Positions 10,328-19,980 of a stretch of DNA of 64,000 bases are shown here, one piece after another (the stretch's first letter is position 1; each line of letters begins with the position of its first letter). The notes beneath the pieces were generated by a model. The model was not told the origin of the DNA. It was given only the letters and a program-made list of their open reading frames with translations, and ran no database searches. This stretch comes from an uncultured Actinomycetota bacterium. GTDB lineage: Bacteria; Actinomycetota; Actinomycetes; JAHEKZ01. The translations under genes were made by a program, and so were the position numbers. Location of the stretch: assembly GCA_963743915.1 (NCBI GenBank), contig CAVURN010000002.1:448001-512000 (forward strand). The letters run 5' to 3'.

Positions 10328-11797
10328 TCAGCGGTCGGCGACGACCTGGAACGTCCCCAACGTCGGGTCGGCGGCGTACCGCACCTGCGTGCCGTCGGCC
10401 TGGGCGTCACGCAGACCCGCCACGGCGGCTGCGGTGATCCGCTCGCCGGGCGCGAGCACGGGGATACCCGGTGGGTAGGGCGCGACCAGCTCGGCCGAGA
10501 CCTGGCCGATCGCCTGCTCGGCGGGCACCGTCTCGTGCGCCGCGAAGTAGGCGTCGCGCGGCGTCATGACGACCTCCGGCTCGACGGTCCACGAGATGGA
10601 GGGCAGCACCGGACGGGACGCGGCCCGTTGGCGCTCGACGGAGGCGATGACCGCGTCGACGAACGCATCCACCGACTTCTGGTCGTCGTTGATGGAGATG
10701 ATCGGCACCACCGTGTCGCGGTCGGCGAGCTCGACCGGCATCCCGAGTGCGACGAGATCCTCCTCGATGGCCAGCCCGACCGCACCGGTGCCCGAGACGT
10801 TGATCGCCAGCTTTGCGCGGTCGAGGATCACCGACGGGTCGACGACGTCGTCGAGCAGCACGAGGCCGGGCACGTCGCGCAGGCGCTCCCGGGCATGGTC
10901 GACGATGCGGATCAGGTGTCCGAGCAGTCGCTCGCCGTCACGCTCCATGAGCGCGCGTGCGGCGTCCGCGCTGGCGGCGATCGTGCCGGACGGGCTGGTG
11001 GTCGCGGTGGCATCGAACGCCCGGTCGAGCCGATGGGCGTCGATGCGCTCGGTGCGCGCGACGACGAGGGCGGCCTGCGTGTAGGCGGGCAGGGTCTTGT
11101 GCGCACTGGTGACAAGTGCGTCCGCTCCGGCCTGCAGCGCGTGCCGCGGCAGGTCGGGGTGGAATCCGAAGTACGCCCCCCAGGCCTGGTCCACCACCAG
11201 GGGGACGCCGTGCGCGTGCGCGACGCGGGCATGGGCGGAGACGTCGGAGACCGTGCCCACGTAGGTCGGCTCGACGAGGAAGACCGCCCTGGCCTCCGGA
11301 TGTGCGGACAGCGCCTGCTCCACCCGATCGACCGGGACGTGGGTCGGCAGCCCGGTCGTGGGGTCCACGTCGGGGCGCACCCAGACCGGCGTGACACCGG
11401 CCAGCACCATCCCCAGCAACAGCGAGCGGTGCAGAGTGCGGGTGACCACCACCGTGTCGCCAGGCCGACAGAGCGCCAGCATCAGCGTCTGGTTGCCGTG
11501 CGTGGAACCTCCCACCGAGATGCGACCCCAGTCCGCACCCCAGGCGCGGGCCAGCTTTCGGTCCGCCTCCGCGATGGCGCCCGCCTGCTGCCGGATCGTG
11601 TCGACTCCGCCGTACAGCGGGATGTCGTCGCGGACGACCGGTCCGACCAGGTCGAGCCGCTGCTTGTGGCCCGGCGTCCCGAAGGGCACCGCTCCGATCG
11701 CGCGGTAGGACAGCCAGCCGTCGAGCAGGGGTGCGTCGCCGCGCAGGCCCAGCGGATCGTCGGACGAGTCGTCGCGTGGCTGGTCGGGGTTGGTCAT
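10328..11797 (-). CDS. Orn/Lys/Arg decarboxylase family PLP enzyme
   Basis: TPGHK, GST.GNQ, HRSLL, DQAWGA, SAHKTL (PLP lysine), TTSPS, PYPPGIPVLAPGE. Confidence 0.9.
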   Translation of the reverse strand: MTNPDQPRDDSSDDPLGLRGDAPLLDGWLSYRAIGAVPFGTPGHKQRLDLVGPVVRDDIPLYGGVDTIRQQAGAIAEADRKLARAWGADWGRISVGGSTHGNQTLMLALCRPGDTVVVTRTLHRSLLLGMVLAGVTPVWVRPDVDPTTGLPTHVPVDRVEQALSAHPEARAVFLVEPTYVGTVSDVSAHARVAHAHGVPLVVDQAWGAYFGFHPDLPRHALQAGADALVTSAHKTLPAYTQAALVVARTERIDAHRLDRAFDATATTSPSGTIAASADAARALMERDGERLLGHLIRIVDHARERLRDVPGLVLLDDVVDPSVILDRAKLAINVSGTGAVGLAIEEDLVALGMPVELADRDTVVPIISINDDQKSVDAFVDAVIASVERQRAASRPVLPSISWTVEPEVVMTPRDAYFAAHETVPAEQAIGQVSAELVAPYPPGIPVLAPGERITAAAVAGLRDAQADGTQVRYAADPTLGTFQVVADR

Positions 11798-11830
11798 GCT
11801 GCCGACACTAGCCACCCGTACGCTCCGGCC

Positions 11831-13333
11831 GTGGCATCGGTGGTGGTCGTCGGCGCAGGCATGGGAGGCATGGCGGTCGCGGCGCGGCTGTCCGCCCAGG
11901 GCCACGAGGTCACCGTGCTCGAGCAGGCGTCCCGTGCTGGTGGCAAGGTGCAGACCTACCGGCGCGAGGGCTTCGCATTCGACACCGGTCCGTCGCTGCT
12001 CACCCTGCCGGCGGTGTACCGCGACCTCTTCCTGAAGACGCCCGTGGGACGCCGCGGAGCGTCGCTGGAGGACAACGTCGACCTGCAGGGGCTCGACCCC
12101 GCCTTCGGCTACCGGTGGGCCGACGGGGCGACCGCCGTCCTGCCGGGCAGCAACAGCAACCGGGTGGCGTCCGCGCTGGGTGAGGCACTGGGGGGCGCTG
12201 CCGAGGCGGAGTGGCAGCGGTTCAGCCGGCGGGCCGCAGACCTGTGGTCGGTGACGCGAGTTCCGTTCCTGGAGTCGCCGCTGTCAGGACCGCGCGACCT
12301 GCTGCCGCACCTGCGCAGCTGGTCCAACCTGAAGACGGTGGCACCCTGGCGCACCCTCCGCGGGCTCGGCGAGCAGTACTTCTCCGACCCCCGCCTGGTC
12401 ACGTTGCTCGATCGCTACGCCACGTACACCGGCTCCGACCCGCGGCGCGCACCCGCGGCGCTGGCTGTGATCCCCTTCGTCGAGCAGACGTTCGGCGCGT
12501 GGCATGTCGGTGGCGGGATCGGGGCACTGGCCGACGCGCTCCACCAGCGCTGCGTGGCGCGCGGGATCACCTTCCGCTTCGGCGCCGACGTCGCAGCGCT
12601 GCGGACGACGGCTGCAGGGGTGCAGGGAGTCACCCTCACGTCCGGCGAGCGGGTCGACGCCGACCTGGTCGTCTCGGACGCCGACGCGACCCATCTGTAC
12701 GCGGCGCTGATCGACCACCCTTCCGCAGCGGGCGTGCTGAAGCGGCTCCGCCACGCCACGCCGTCGCTGTCCGGCTTCGTGCTGCTCCTCGCGCTCCGGG
12801 GACGGACCCCGGGACTCCAGCACCACAACGTGCTCTTCCCCGACAACTACGACGCCGAGTTCGACGCCGTGTTCGGACGCCGACCGCGTCCGGTCGACGA
12901 CCCCACGGTCTACGTCTGCGCCCCCGACGACCCGGCCATGCGGCCCGACGACGACCACGAGGCGTGGTTCGTCCTGGTCAACGCCCCTCGGCACGACCCT
13001 GGCCGCGGCGTCGACTGGAACGACGCCGAGCTCGTCGACCGGTACCGGGACCGGGTGCTCGACGTCCTCGCCGCGCGCGGGATGGACGTGCGACCGCGGC
13101 TGCTGTGGGCCGAGACCCGCACCCCCGCCGACCTCGAGCGGGACACCCGCTCCCCCGGCGGGTCGATCTACGGCACCTCCAGCAACGGCCGGCGGGCGGC
13201 CTTCTTCCGGGCGTCCAACCGCTCACCGGTGCCGGGGCTCTACCTCGTCGGCGGGTCGGCCCACCCGGGTGGCGGGCTGCCCCTGGTGGGACTGTCAGCG
13301 GCCATCGTGGCCGATCTCATCGGGCCGGCGTAA
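11831..13333 (+). CDS. Phytoene desaturase family oxidoreductase (CrtD-like carotenoid desaturase)
   Basis: VVVGAGMGG, FDTGPSLLTLP, GSIYG, GGSAHPGGGLPLV. Second CrtI paralog in the cluster. Confidence 0.85.
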   Translation: MASVVVVGAGMGGMAVAARLSAQGHEVTVLEQASRAGGKVQTYRREGFAFDTGPSLLTLPAVYRDLFLKTPVGRRGASLEDNVDLQGLDPAFGYRWADGATAVLPGSNSNRVASALGEALGGAAEAEWQRFSRRAADLWSVTRVPFLESPLSGPRDLLPHLRSWSNLKTVAPWRTLRGLGEQYFSDPRLVTLLDRYATYTGSDPRRAPAALAVIPFVEQTFGAWHVGGGIGALADALHQRCVARGITFRFGADVAALRTTAAGVQGVTLTSGERVDADLVVSDADATHLYAALIDHPSAAGVLKRLRHATPSLSGFVLLLALRGRTPGLQHHNVLFPDNYDAEFDAVFGRRPRPVDDPTVYVCAPDDPAMRPDDDHEAWFVLVNAPRHDPGRGVDWNDAELVDRYRDRVLDVLAARGMDVRPRLLWAETRTPADLERDTRSPGGSIYGTSSNGRRAAFFRASNRSPVPGLYLVGGSAHPGGGLPLVGLSAAIVADLIGPA

Positions 13334-13439
13334 AGGCCCGCCCGATGCGTGCCTGGTGGACGCCACCGCCCGCCCGATGCGTGGCTGAGCGCCCACGCTC
13401 GTCGTGCGCGAGCCGTGCGGCGCGACTAGCCTCGTGATC

Positions 13440-14507
13440 ATGGACGCGCCCGCCTCACCCCTCGACGCCGAGGACCTGCGCACCCGCGTCCACAAGGAGC
13501 TCGAGACCTTCATCGAAGGACAGCAGCATGTCCTCGACACCGTCGGCGCCGAGCTGCTGCCGATGCTGGACGCCGCCCGTGCGCTGCTCGCCGGTGGCAA
13601 ACGGCTGCGTCCCGCCTTCGCCTACTGGGGCTGGCGTGGCGCAGGCGGTGCGGACTGCCCCGAGATCGTCCAGGCAGTGGCTGCCCTCGAGCTGCTGCAG
13701 GCGTGCGCGCTGATCCACGACGACGTCATGGACGGGTCCGACACCCGACGGGGCCACCCCAGCGCCCACCGACGCTTCGCCCAGATGCACCAGGACGCCG
13801 CATGGTTCGGGTCGGCGACGGACTTCGGCACGGGGGCGGCCATTCTGCTCGGCGACCTCGCACTGACCTGGGCCGACGAGATGCTGTTCAGCGCTCCGCT
13901 GCCCGAGGAGTCACTGCGGCGCGTGAAGCCGGTCTACGACCGGATGCGCATCGAGCTCATGGCCGGCCAGTACCTCGACCTGCTCGAGCAGGCGCGCGGG
14001 GGCGGCTCGGTCGAACGCTCGTTGCGCGTCGCACGGTTCAAGGCGGCCAAGTACACCGTCGAAGGCCCCCTCCACCTCGGGGGCACCCTCGCGGGCGCAT
14101 CCTCAGACCTGATCGCTCAGTACAGCGATTACGGCGTCCCGCTCGGTGAGGCGTTCCAGCTGCGCGACGACGTCCTCGGCGTCTTCGGCAACCCGGAGAC
14201 CACCGGCAAGCCCGCGGGTGACGACCTGCGCGAGGGGAAGCGCACAGTGCTGGTCGCCGTGGCCGAGGAGCGCGCAACGACCTCCCAGCGCACAATCCTC
14301 GCCGACCTGCTCGGCAACCCGGAGCTGTCACCTGACGGAATTGCCGCCCTGCGCAGTGTCATCGAGGAGACCGGGGCGCTCGCCTATGTCGAGCAGCTCA
14401 TCACCGAGCTCGTCGACGAGTCGCTGAAGGCGCTCGAGGGAGTCCCCGAGCCCGCGCACGAGGTGCTCGCGGGCCTCACGTACGCCGCCACCCGACGGGT
14501 GGAGTAG
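13440..14507 (+). CDS. crtE: Polyprenyl/GGPP synthase
   Basis: GGKRLRP, LIHDDVMD...RRG, GQYLD, FQLRDDVLG, GKPAGDDLREGK. Confidence 0.92.
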   Translation: MDAPASPLDAEDLRTRVHKELETFIEGQQHVLDTVGAELLPMLDAARALLAGGKRLRPAFAYWGWRGAGGADCPEIVQAVAALELLQACALIHDDVMDGSDTRRGHPSAHRRFAQMHQDAAWFGSATDFGTGAAILLGDLALTWADEMLFSAPLPEESLRRVKPVYDRMRIELMAGQYLDLLEQARGGGSVERSLRVARFKAAKYTVEGPLHLGGTLAGASSDLIAQYSDYGVPLGEAFQLRDDVLGVFGNPETTGKPAGDDLREGKRTVLVAVAEERATTSQRTILADLLGNPELSPDGIAALRSVIEETGALAYVEQLITELVDESLKALEGVPEPAHEVLAGLTYAATRRVE

Positions 14508-16007
14508 ATGCGCACCGTCACCGGGCGCACCGACCACGTCGTGGTCGTCGGCGCAGGGCTGGCCGGGCTCTCGGCGGCGCTGCGGCTGGCGGGTGCCGGA
14601 CGCAGTGTGACGCTTCTCGAGCGCGAGGGCATCCCCGGTGGGCGCGCCGGACTGGTGGCTGACGCGGGTTACCGGTTCGACAACGGGCCCACCGTCCTCA
14701 CCATGCCCGACCTGATCGCCGATGCCTTCGACGCCGTCGGCGAGGACATGGCCGACTGGCTGACCCTGCATCCCCTCGACCCGCTCTACCGGGCCTGGTT
14801 CGCGGATGGCTCGTCGCTGGACGTGAGGCCCGACCCGGCCGCGATGACCGACGAGATCCGCCGCGTCTGCGGGCCGGAGGAAGCGGCCGGCTACGAGCGG
14901 TACGTCGACTTCGTCACCCAGCTCTACCGCTACGAGCTGAACGACTTCATCGACCGCAACATCGACTCGCCGTTCGACCTGCTGACCCCCAACCTCGCAC
15001 GGCTGGCGGCCATCGGCGGGTTCCGACGGATGGCCCCGAAGGTCAACCAGTACCTGCAGGACTCCCGCACGCAACGGGTGCTCTCGTTCCAGGCGATGTA
15101 CGCCGGCATGTCCCCGTTCGACGCCTTGGCGCTGTACTGCGTCATCGCCTACATGGACTCCGTCGCCGGCGTCTTCGCACCCGAGGGTGGGATGCACGCA
15201 GTCCCTGAAGCCATGGCTGCAGCCGCTCAGAAGCACGGCGTCGACATCCGCTACGGCGTCGAGGTGGTGCACGTCGAGCGTCGCGGCGCTCGCGCGGTGG
15301 CCGTCCACACGGCCGATGGCGAACGGATCACGTGTGACGCGCTCGTCCTCAACCCCGACCTGCCGGTGGCTGCGCGCGACCTGCTCGGCGCCGAACCCTG
15401 GTCGCTGAAGAGACTCCGCTACTCACCCTCGTGCTTCCTGATGCTGGCCGGCTCCAGCGCCGGCTACAGCAAGGTGGTGCACCACAACATCCACTTCGGA
15501 CGGTCCTGGCGGGGCGTCTTCGACCAGCTGATCGATCGCGGTGAGCTCATGTCCGATCCCAGCTTCCTGGTGTCGAACCCCACGCACTCGGACGCCTCGC
15601 TCGCCCCCGACGGCCGTCACGTCTACTACGTGTTCTTCCCGACACCGAACACCACCGCAGGGATCGACTGGTCCGTCGAACGCCCGCGCTACCGCGAGCA
15701 CGTTCTCGAGATGCTCGAGGCTCGCGGATACGTCGGGTTCACCGACGCCATCGAGGTGGAGCACCTCATCGACCCGGCCGACTGGGAGCGGCGTGGGATG
15801 GCGGCCGGGTCACCGTTCGCGTCCGCGCACTCCTTCCTGCAGACCGGTCCCTTCCGTCCCAAGAACCTCTGGGGCGAGAACATCGTGTTCGCCGGTTCCG
15901 GCACCACGCCCGGGGTGGGCGTGCCCATGGTGCTGATCTCCGGACGCCTCGCGGCCGAACGCATCACGGGGCCGGACCGGCGCTACCGCTCCCGCGCGCG
16001 CCGATGA
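14508..16007 (+). CDS. crtI: Phytoene desaturase
   Basis: VVVGAGLAGL, FDNGPTVLTMP, QTGPFRP, GSGTTPGVGVPMVLISGRLAAERI. Confidence 0.95.
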   Translation: MRTVTGRTDHVVVVGAGLAGLSAALRLAGAGRSVTLLEREGIPGGRAGLVADAGYRFDNGPTVLTMPDLIADAFDAVGEDMADWLTLHPLDPLYRAWFADGSSLDVRPDPAAMTDEIRRVCGPEEAAGYERYVDFVTQLYRYELNDFIDRNIDSPFDLLTPNLARLAAIGGFRRMAPKVNQYLQDSRTQRVLSFQAMYAGMSPFDALALYCVIAYMDSVAGVFAPEGGMHAVPEAMAAAAQKHGVDIRYGVEVVHVERRGARAVAVHTADGERITCDALVLNPDLPVAARDLLGAEPWSLKRLRYSPSCFLMLAGSSAGYSKVVHHNIHFGRSWRGVFDQLIDRGELMSDPSFLVSNPTHSDASLAPDGRHVYYVFFPTPNTTAGIDWSVERPRYREHVLEMLEARGYVGFTDAIEVEHLIDPADWERRGMAAGSPFASAHSFLQTGPFRPKNLWGENIVFAGSGTTPGVGVPMVLISGRLAAERITGPDRRYRSRARR

Positions 16008-16023
16008 TGCCGCCCGTTCCTGC

Positions 16024-16512
16024 TCACCAGTGGGCGAGATCGGTCTCCGGACCGTCGCCCACCAGCAGCACCGCGGCCTGGAACCGGTCGTACTCCCAGG
16101 CGATGCACGCGTCCTGGAACACCTCGACGGCCATCTCGAAGCTGTCGGCGTCGGCCTCGGCGAAGTCGCTCCACCCCTCCCAGCAGAGGAGCAGTCCGTT
16201 GGGCTCGTCGAGATCGAGAGCGCGCAGGTGCTGGTCCAGCAGGTCCCACGACCCGCTGGCCATCTCCGGAAGATCCAGCGCCTCCGCGATCGCCGCGACG
16301 AACCCCGCATGGTCGGTGACGTCCACCGTGTCGACGGTGACCGTGTGCCACTTGTGCTCGATCGCCTCCCGCCGCACGGGGCCAGGATCACCGGGGAGCA
16401 GGAACACGCCGCGGCGGCCCTCGAAGGCCTCGATCACCTCGAGCGGGGGTTCCTCGGCGTCGAGAGAACCGAAGAGCTCCGGGTCGTCGAACTCGAGCGG
16501 CTCGGTGGACAT
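16024..16512 (-). CDS. Barstar family protein
   Basis: FVAAIAEALDLPEMASGSWDLLDQHLRAL resembles the barstar L.FP.YFG.NWDAL.D.L motif; acidic protein. Confidence 0.65.
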   Translation of the reverse strand: MSTEPLEFDDPELFGSLDAEEPPLEVIEAFEGRRGVFLLPGDPGPVRREAIEHKWHTVTVDTVDVTDHAGFVAAIAEALDLPEMASGSWDLLDQHLRALDLDEPNGLLLCWEGWSDFAEADADSFEMAVEVFQDACIAWEYDRFQAAVLLVGDGPETDLAHW

Positions 16513-16644
16513 TGCTCTCACCCTTCACGCTGACGCGCCTGTGCCATCGGTGGTGCTGGGTGTCACGCTACTCGCACCTGCGGCTCCACAGACACTTCCG
16601 CAGGCCACGAGCCGGTACCCGGGTTCGACGACAGGGAAGACCCC

Positions 16645-17562
16645 ATGAGCCGCCGCGACCTGGAGGCCGCGGGCATCCTGGACCCGAGGCTGCAGGAGTC
16701 CTACGAGACGTGCCGCAGGCTCAACGCCGAGCACGGCAAGACCTACTACCTGGCCACGCTGCTGCTCCCCCCGCAGAAGCGACCGTACGTGCACGCGCTG
16801 TACGGGTTCGCACGGTACGCCGACGAGATCGTCGACGACCTCCAGAGCACGCTCAGCACCGAGGCGAAGGCCGAGCTGCTGGCGTCCTGGGGGCAGCACT
16901 TCCTCGACGACCTGGACCGCGGTCACAGCGACGACCCGGTCTGCCGGGCCGTCGTCGACACCGTCACCAGGTGGGACATCCCGCGCGAGCACTTCGAGGC
17001 CTTCCTGCACTCGATGACGATGGACCTGACGGTCACCGAGTACGCCGACTTCGACGCGCTGCACGAGTACGTCTACGGGTCCGCTGCGGTCATCGGGCTG
17101 CAGATGGTGCCCATCCTCGAGCCGACCTCGGACGCCGCCTACGACTACGCCCAGGACCTCGGCGTCGCCTTCCAGCTCGCCAACTTCATCCGCGACGTCG
17201 GTGAAGACCTGGACCGAGGTCGCCTCTACCTGCCACTGTCCGACCTCGAGCAGTTCGGCCTCACCCGTGCCGACCTCGAGCGGCGCGTCGTGGACGAGCG
17301 CGTGCGGGCCCTGCTCCAGTTCGAGATCCTCCGCGTCCGACGTCTGGCCGAAGCGTCCCGACCGGGTGTCGCCCTGCTCGCCCCGTCCAGTCGCCCCTGC
17401 ATCGACGCCGCTCGCACGCTGTACATCGGCATCACGGACGCGGTCGAGGACATCGACTACCAGGTGTTCAGCCGCCGGGCCAGGGTGTCGGTGCCGCGCC
17501 GCCTGCAGGTGGCGGCCCCGGCATGGCTACGCGCCTTTCGCGCCCGTCACGTCGCCGCCTGA
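16645..17562 (+). CDS. crtB: Phytoene synthase
   Basis: HGKTYYLAT, LYGFARYADEIVDD, YVYGSAAVIG, LGVAFQLANFIRDVGEDLDRGRLYLP. Confidence 0.95.
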   Translation: MSRRDLEAAGILDPRLQESYETCRRLNAEHGKTYYLATLLLPPQKRPYVHALYGFARYADEIVDDLQSTLSTEAKAELLASWGQHFLDDLDRGHSDDPVCRAVVDTVTRWDIPREHFEAFLHSMTMDLTVTEYADFDALHEYVYGSAAVIGLQMVPILEPTSDAAYDYAQDLGVAFQLANFIRDVGEDLDRGRLYLPLSDLEQFGLTRADLERRVVDERVRALLQFEILRVRRLAEASRPGVALLAPSSRPCIDAARTLYIGITDAVEDIDYQVFSRRARVSVPRRLQVAAPAWLRAFRARHVAA

Positions 17563-17925
17563 CGCGTCGCGCCACACCGGCGGCCCCGCGACGGGCTCGT
17601 ACTGGACGCCGCGGCGCCCCCACCAGACCCACCACGCCATGCTCTGCACGACCAGCGCGAAGCCGAAGAGCAGGTCCTCCACGGGAGCGAACGCGATCCG
17701 CCCGTCACCGATGAAGACGGCTGTCCGGGTACCCACGATCGCGTCGTCGGCGTAGCGCACGATGTCGAACCCGGTCAGCACCCCGTTGGTGACCAGCTGG
17801 AAGAACACCACGATGGCGTAGGAGACCCAGAACACCCGTCGGGTCAGCAGCCGCGTGCGCAGCACGTACAGGTCGAGCACCACCGTCAGCGCGACGCCGA
17901 CCAGGGCGAGCTGGGTGTAGCTCAT
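17527..17925 (-). CDS. Lycopene cyclase subunit (CrtYd-like)
   Basis: Small hydrophobic protein with NGVLTG and APVEDLLFGF. Confidence 0.85.
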   Translation of the reverse strand: MSYTQLALVGVALTVVLDLYVLRTRLLTRRVFWVSYAIVVFFQLVTNGVLTGFDIVRYADDAIVGTRTAVFIGDGRIAFAPVEDLLFGFALVVQSMAWWVWWGRRGVQYEPVAGPPVWRDASGGDVTGAKGA

Positions 17926-18263
17926 GGCCGTCCCCCGGGCTCGTCACCGACCGTCCAGCCACGCGCGGACCGCACCGCCTCGAGCGTCAGCACCCCGGCG
18001 AGGGGAACGACGACGAAGAAGAGCAGCTCCTCGAGCGGGATGTCGGCCGGGAGCACCACGCCCGTCGTGCGCTCGGTGTCGAACCACCAGTGACCGGACG
18101 CGATCGCGTACGCGTCCCACAGCAGGAAGAGCGCAAGCACGGGCGCGAGGGAGAGCACGAGCCGTCGGGCGCGTCGCAGCACCCTGGTGCGCAGCACGAG
18201 CTCCAGCCAGCAGCTGCCCGCCACGATGAACGCGAGCACCCCGAGGTAGGCGAGATGCTCCAC
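17922..18263 (-). CDS. Lycopene cyclase subunit (CrtYc-like)
   Basis: FLLWDAYAI..GHWWFD and IPLEELLFF motif. Confidence 0.88.
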   Translation of the reverse strand: MEHLAYLGVLAFIVAGSCWLELVLRTRVLRRARRLVLSLAPVLALFLLWDAYAIASGHWWFDTERTTGVVLPADIPLEELLFFVVVPLAGVLTLEAVRSARGWTVGDEPGGRP

Positions 18264-18264
18264 C

Positions 18265-18651
18265 TCAGAACGCCAGCGACTGCGCGCGCCGTCGGACCTC
18301 GGTGTGTCGGTTCTCGGTGAGCGCCTGCATGGGGCTTCCGGGCAGCGAGTCGTCCGGGGTGAAGATCCAGCGGATGGACTCGTTCTCGTCGTAGCCGGCG
18401 TCGGCCAGCAGCGTGAGCAGCCCGGGCAGCTTCTTGACGACGACGCCGTCCTGCACGAAGTCGGCCGGCACGCTGATCACCGACCGCTCGCCGCGCCGCA
18501 CACACACCAGGTCGCGGTCCTTGAGCATCTGCCGGACGTGGACGATGTCGGTGCCCAGCGCCTCGGCCAGGTCGGGAACGGTGAGCCACGAGCCCACGAG
18601 GGCGTCCACGTCGTCGGTGACCGGAGTGTCGAGGCTGGCGGTGGTCGTCAC
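18265..18651 (-). CDS. Rv2175c family DNA-binding protein
   Basis: WLTVPDLAEALG HTH, LPGLLTLLADAGY, EVRRRAQSLAF. Located next to the PknL-like kinase. Confidence 0.9.
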   Translation of the reverse strand: MTTTASLDTPVTDDVDALVGSWLTVPDLAEALGTDIVHVRQMLKDRDLVCVRRGERSVISVPADFVQDGVVVKKLPGLLTLLADAGYDENESIRWIFTPDDSLPGSPMQALTENRHTEVRRRAQSLAF

Positions 18652-18682
18652 AGGTCAACCCTGCCACGGACGCGGCGCGACC

Positions 18683-19831
18683 TCACCCCAGGGCGCACGC
18701 CTTGACCGCCACGGCGGGGTCGGCGAACCGATCGGGGTCGACGGCGGTGTGTGCGGTCATGAGGCGGCGGGCCTGGGTGAGGTCGCGGGGACGGTCGACC
18801 ACCGCCAGGCCGGTGAGCTGGGGTCCTGCCTCGCTGTCGCGGAACCAGCCCACGCACCAGTCGTCGCCCGCCGAGCGGTCCACCCGTCGGTCGGTCTCGG
18901 CCGGGTGTCCCACGTACTGAAGGGTGTGACCGAACTGGTCGGACCAGAAGTACGGCACGGGGTCGTACGGCTCGCCGTCGAGCCCGAGCAGCGTGGAGGC
19001 CGCCACGGCCGGCGCGTGCAGAGCGGTGTCCCAGTGCTCCACCCGCAGCCGGGCCTCGTACCGCGCCGACCACCAGGCGGCGCAGTCACCGACCGCGACG
19101 ACACCCGGCAGCGACGTGCGCAGCCGGTCGTCGACGACGACGGCCCGGTCACCCTCGCGCAGCTCGAGGGGGCTGTCGGCGAGGAAGCCGGTGGCGGGGC
19201 GCGCACCGAGGCCGGCCACCACGACGTCAGCACCGAGGGCGGACACGTCCTCGACCTTCTGGCCGAGCCGCAGGTCGACGCCCGCGGTCTCGAACCACGC
19301 GGCGGTGCGCAGTCCGAGGTCCTTCGGCAGCGCCGCGGACAGCGGTGCGTCGGCGGCCTCGTACACGGTGACCGAGCAACCGGCCTCCGCTGCGGCGGAG
19401 GCCACCTCGGCCCCGATCCAGCCGGCTCCGATCACGACGACCTCGGCGCCCATGTCGAAGCCGTCGCGCAGCCGGTGGGCGTCGGCCAGGGTGCGGAGGG
19501 TCTGCGTCCCCGGCAGGGCGACGGGGTACGAGCCGACCGCGAGCACGATCCCGTCGGCATCCAGCCGTTCGGACTCGGTGACCACGCATCCGGCCTCCAG
19601 CGCGGTGGCGGGCGTGCCCAGCCGCAGATCGAGGTCGGGGACCGCCGACAGGTCGAAGTGGAGCGACACGTCCCTCCAGGCGAGGACGTCCTTGGACAGC
19701 GGCGGCCGGTCGTACGGAGGCTCCTGCTCGGCGGCCAGCATGACCAGGTGGCCGGTGAAACCCTGGCCACGCAGGGCCCGCGCGGCCTCGAACCCGGCGA
19801 GTCCGCCTCCGACGATCACGATCCGCTCCAT
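18683..19831 (-). CDS. FAD-dependent oxidoreductase (ferredoxin reductase-like)
   Basis: GGGLAG, YDRPPLSK, IGAGWIGAE, AVGDCA, EHW, PYFWSDQ. Confidence 0.92.
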   Translation of the reverse strand: MERIVIVGGGLAGFEAARALRGQGFTGHLVMLAAEQEPPYDRPPLSKDVLAWRDVSLHFDLSAVPDLDLRLGTPATALEAGCVVTESERLDADGIVLAVGSYPVALPGTQTLRTLADAHRLRDGFDMGAEVVVIGAGWIGAEVASAAAEAGCSVTVYEAADAPLSAALPKDLGLRTAAWFETAGVDLRLGQKVEDVSALGADVVVAGLGARPATGFLADSPLELREGDRAVVVDDRLRTSLPGVVAVGDCAAWWSARYEARLRVEHWDTALHAPAVAASTLLGLDGEPYDPVPYFWSDQFGHTLQYVGHPAETDRRVDRSAGDDWCVGWFRDSEAGPQLTGLAVVDRPRDLTQARRLMTAHTAVDPDRFADPAVAVKACALG

Positions 19832-19848
19832 GGCGGCACCCTAGTGCA

Positions 19849-19872
19849 TTCACTGACTGGTCAGTCAGTGAA
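19849..19872. promoter_or_regulatory. Palindromic operator (TetR-like)
   Basis: TTCACTGACTG-GT-CAGTCAGTGAA has perfect 11-bp arms and lies just upstream of the oxidoreductase -10 box TAGGGT (19843-19838). Confidence 0.6.
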
Positions 19873-19980
19873 ATCGCCCGCAGGCAGTCGTCTCGGTGAG
19901 CGACGTCACCGGGAAAGGCTCAGCGGCGCGCGGCGCGCGCTGGCGGGCTGAACCGCCCGGCGAACGTAGGATTTGCCGTT

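Noticed and set aside
9920-11830. Long N-terminal extension of the 1137-aa ORF and similar long antisense ORFs (27348..29567, 30900..32492, 18413..19951)
   Set aside because: These are shadow frames of real opposite-strand genes, typical of high-GC DNA.
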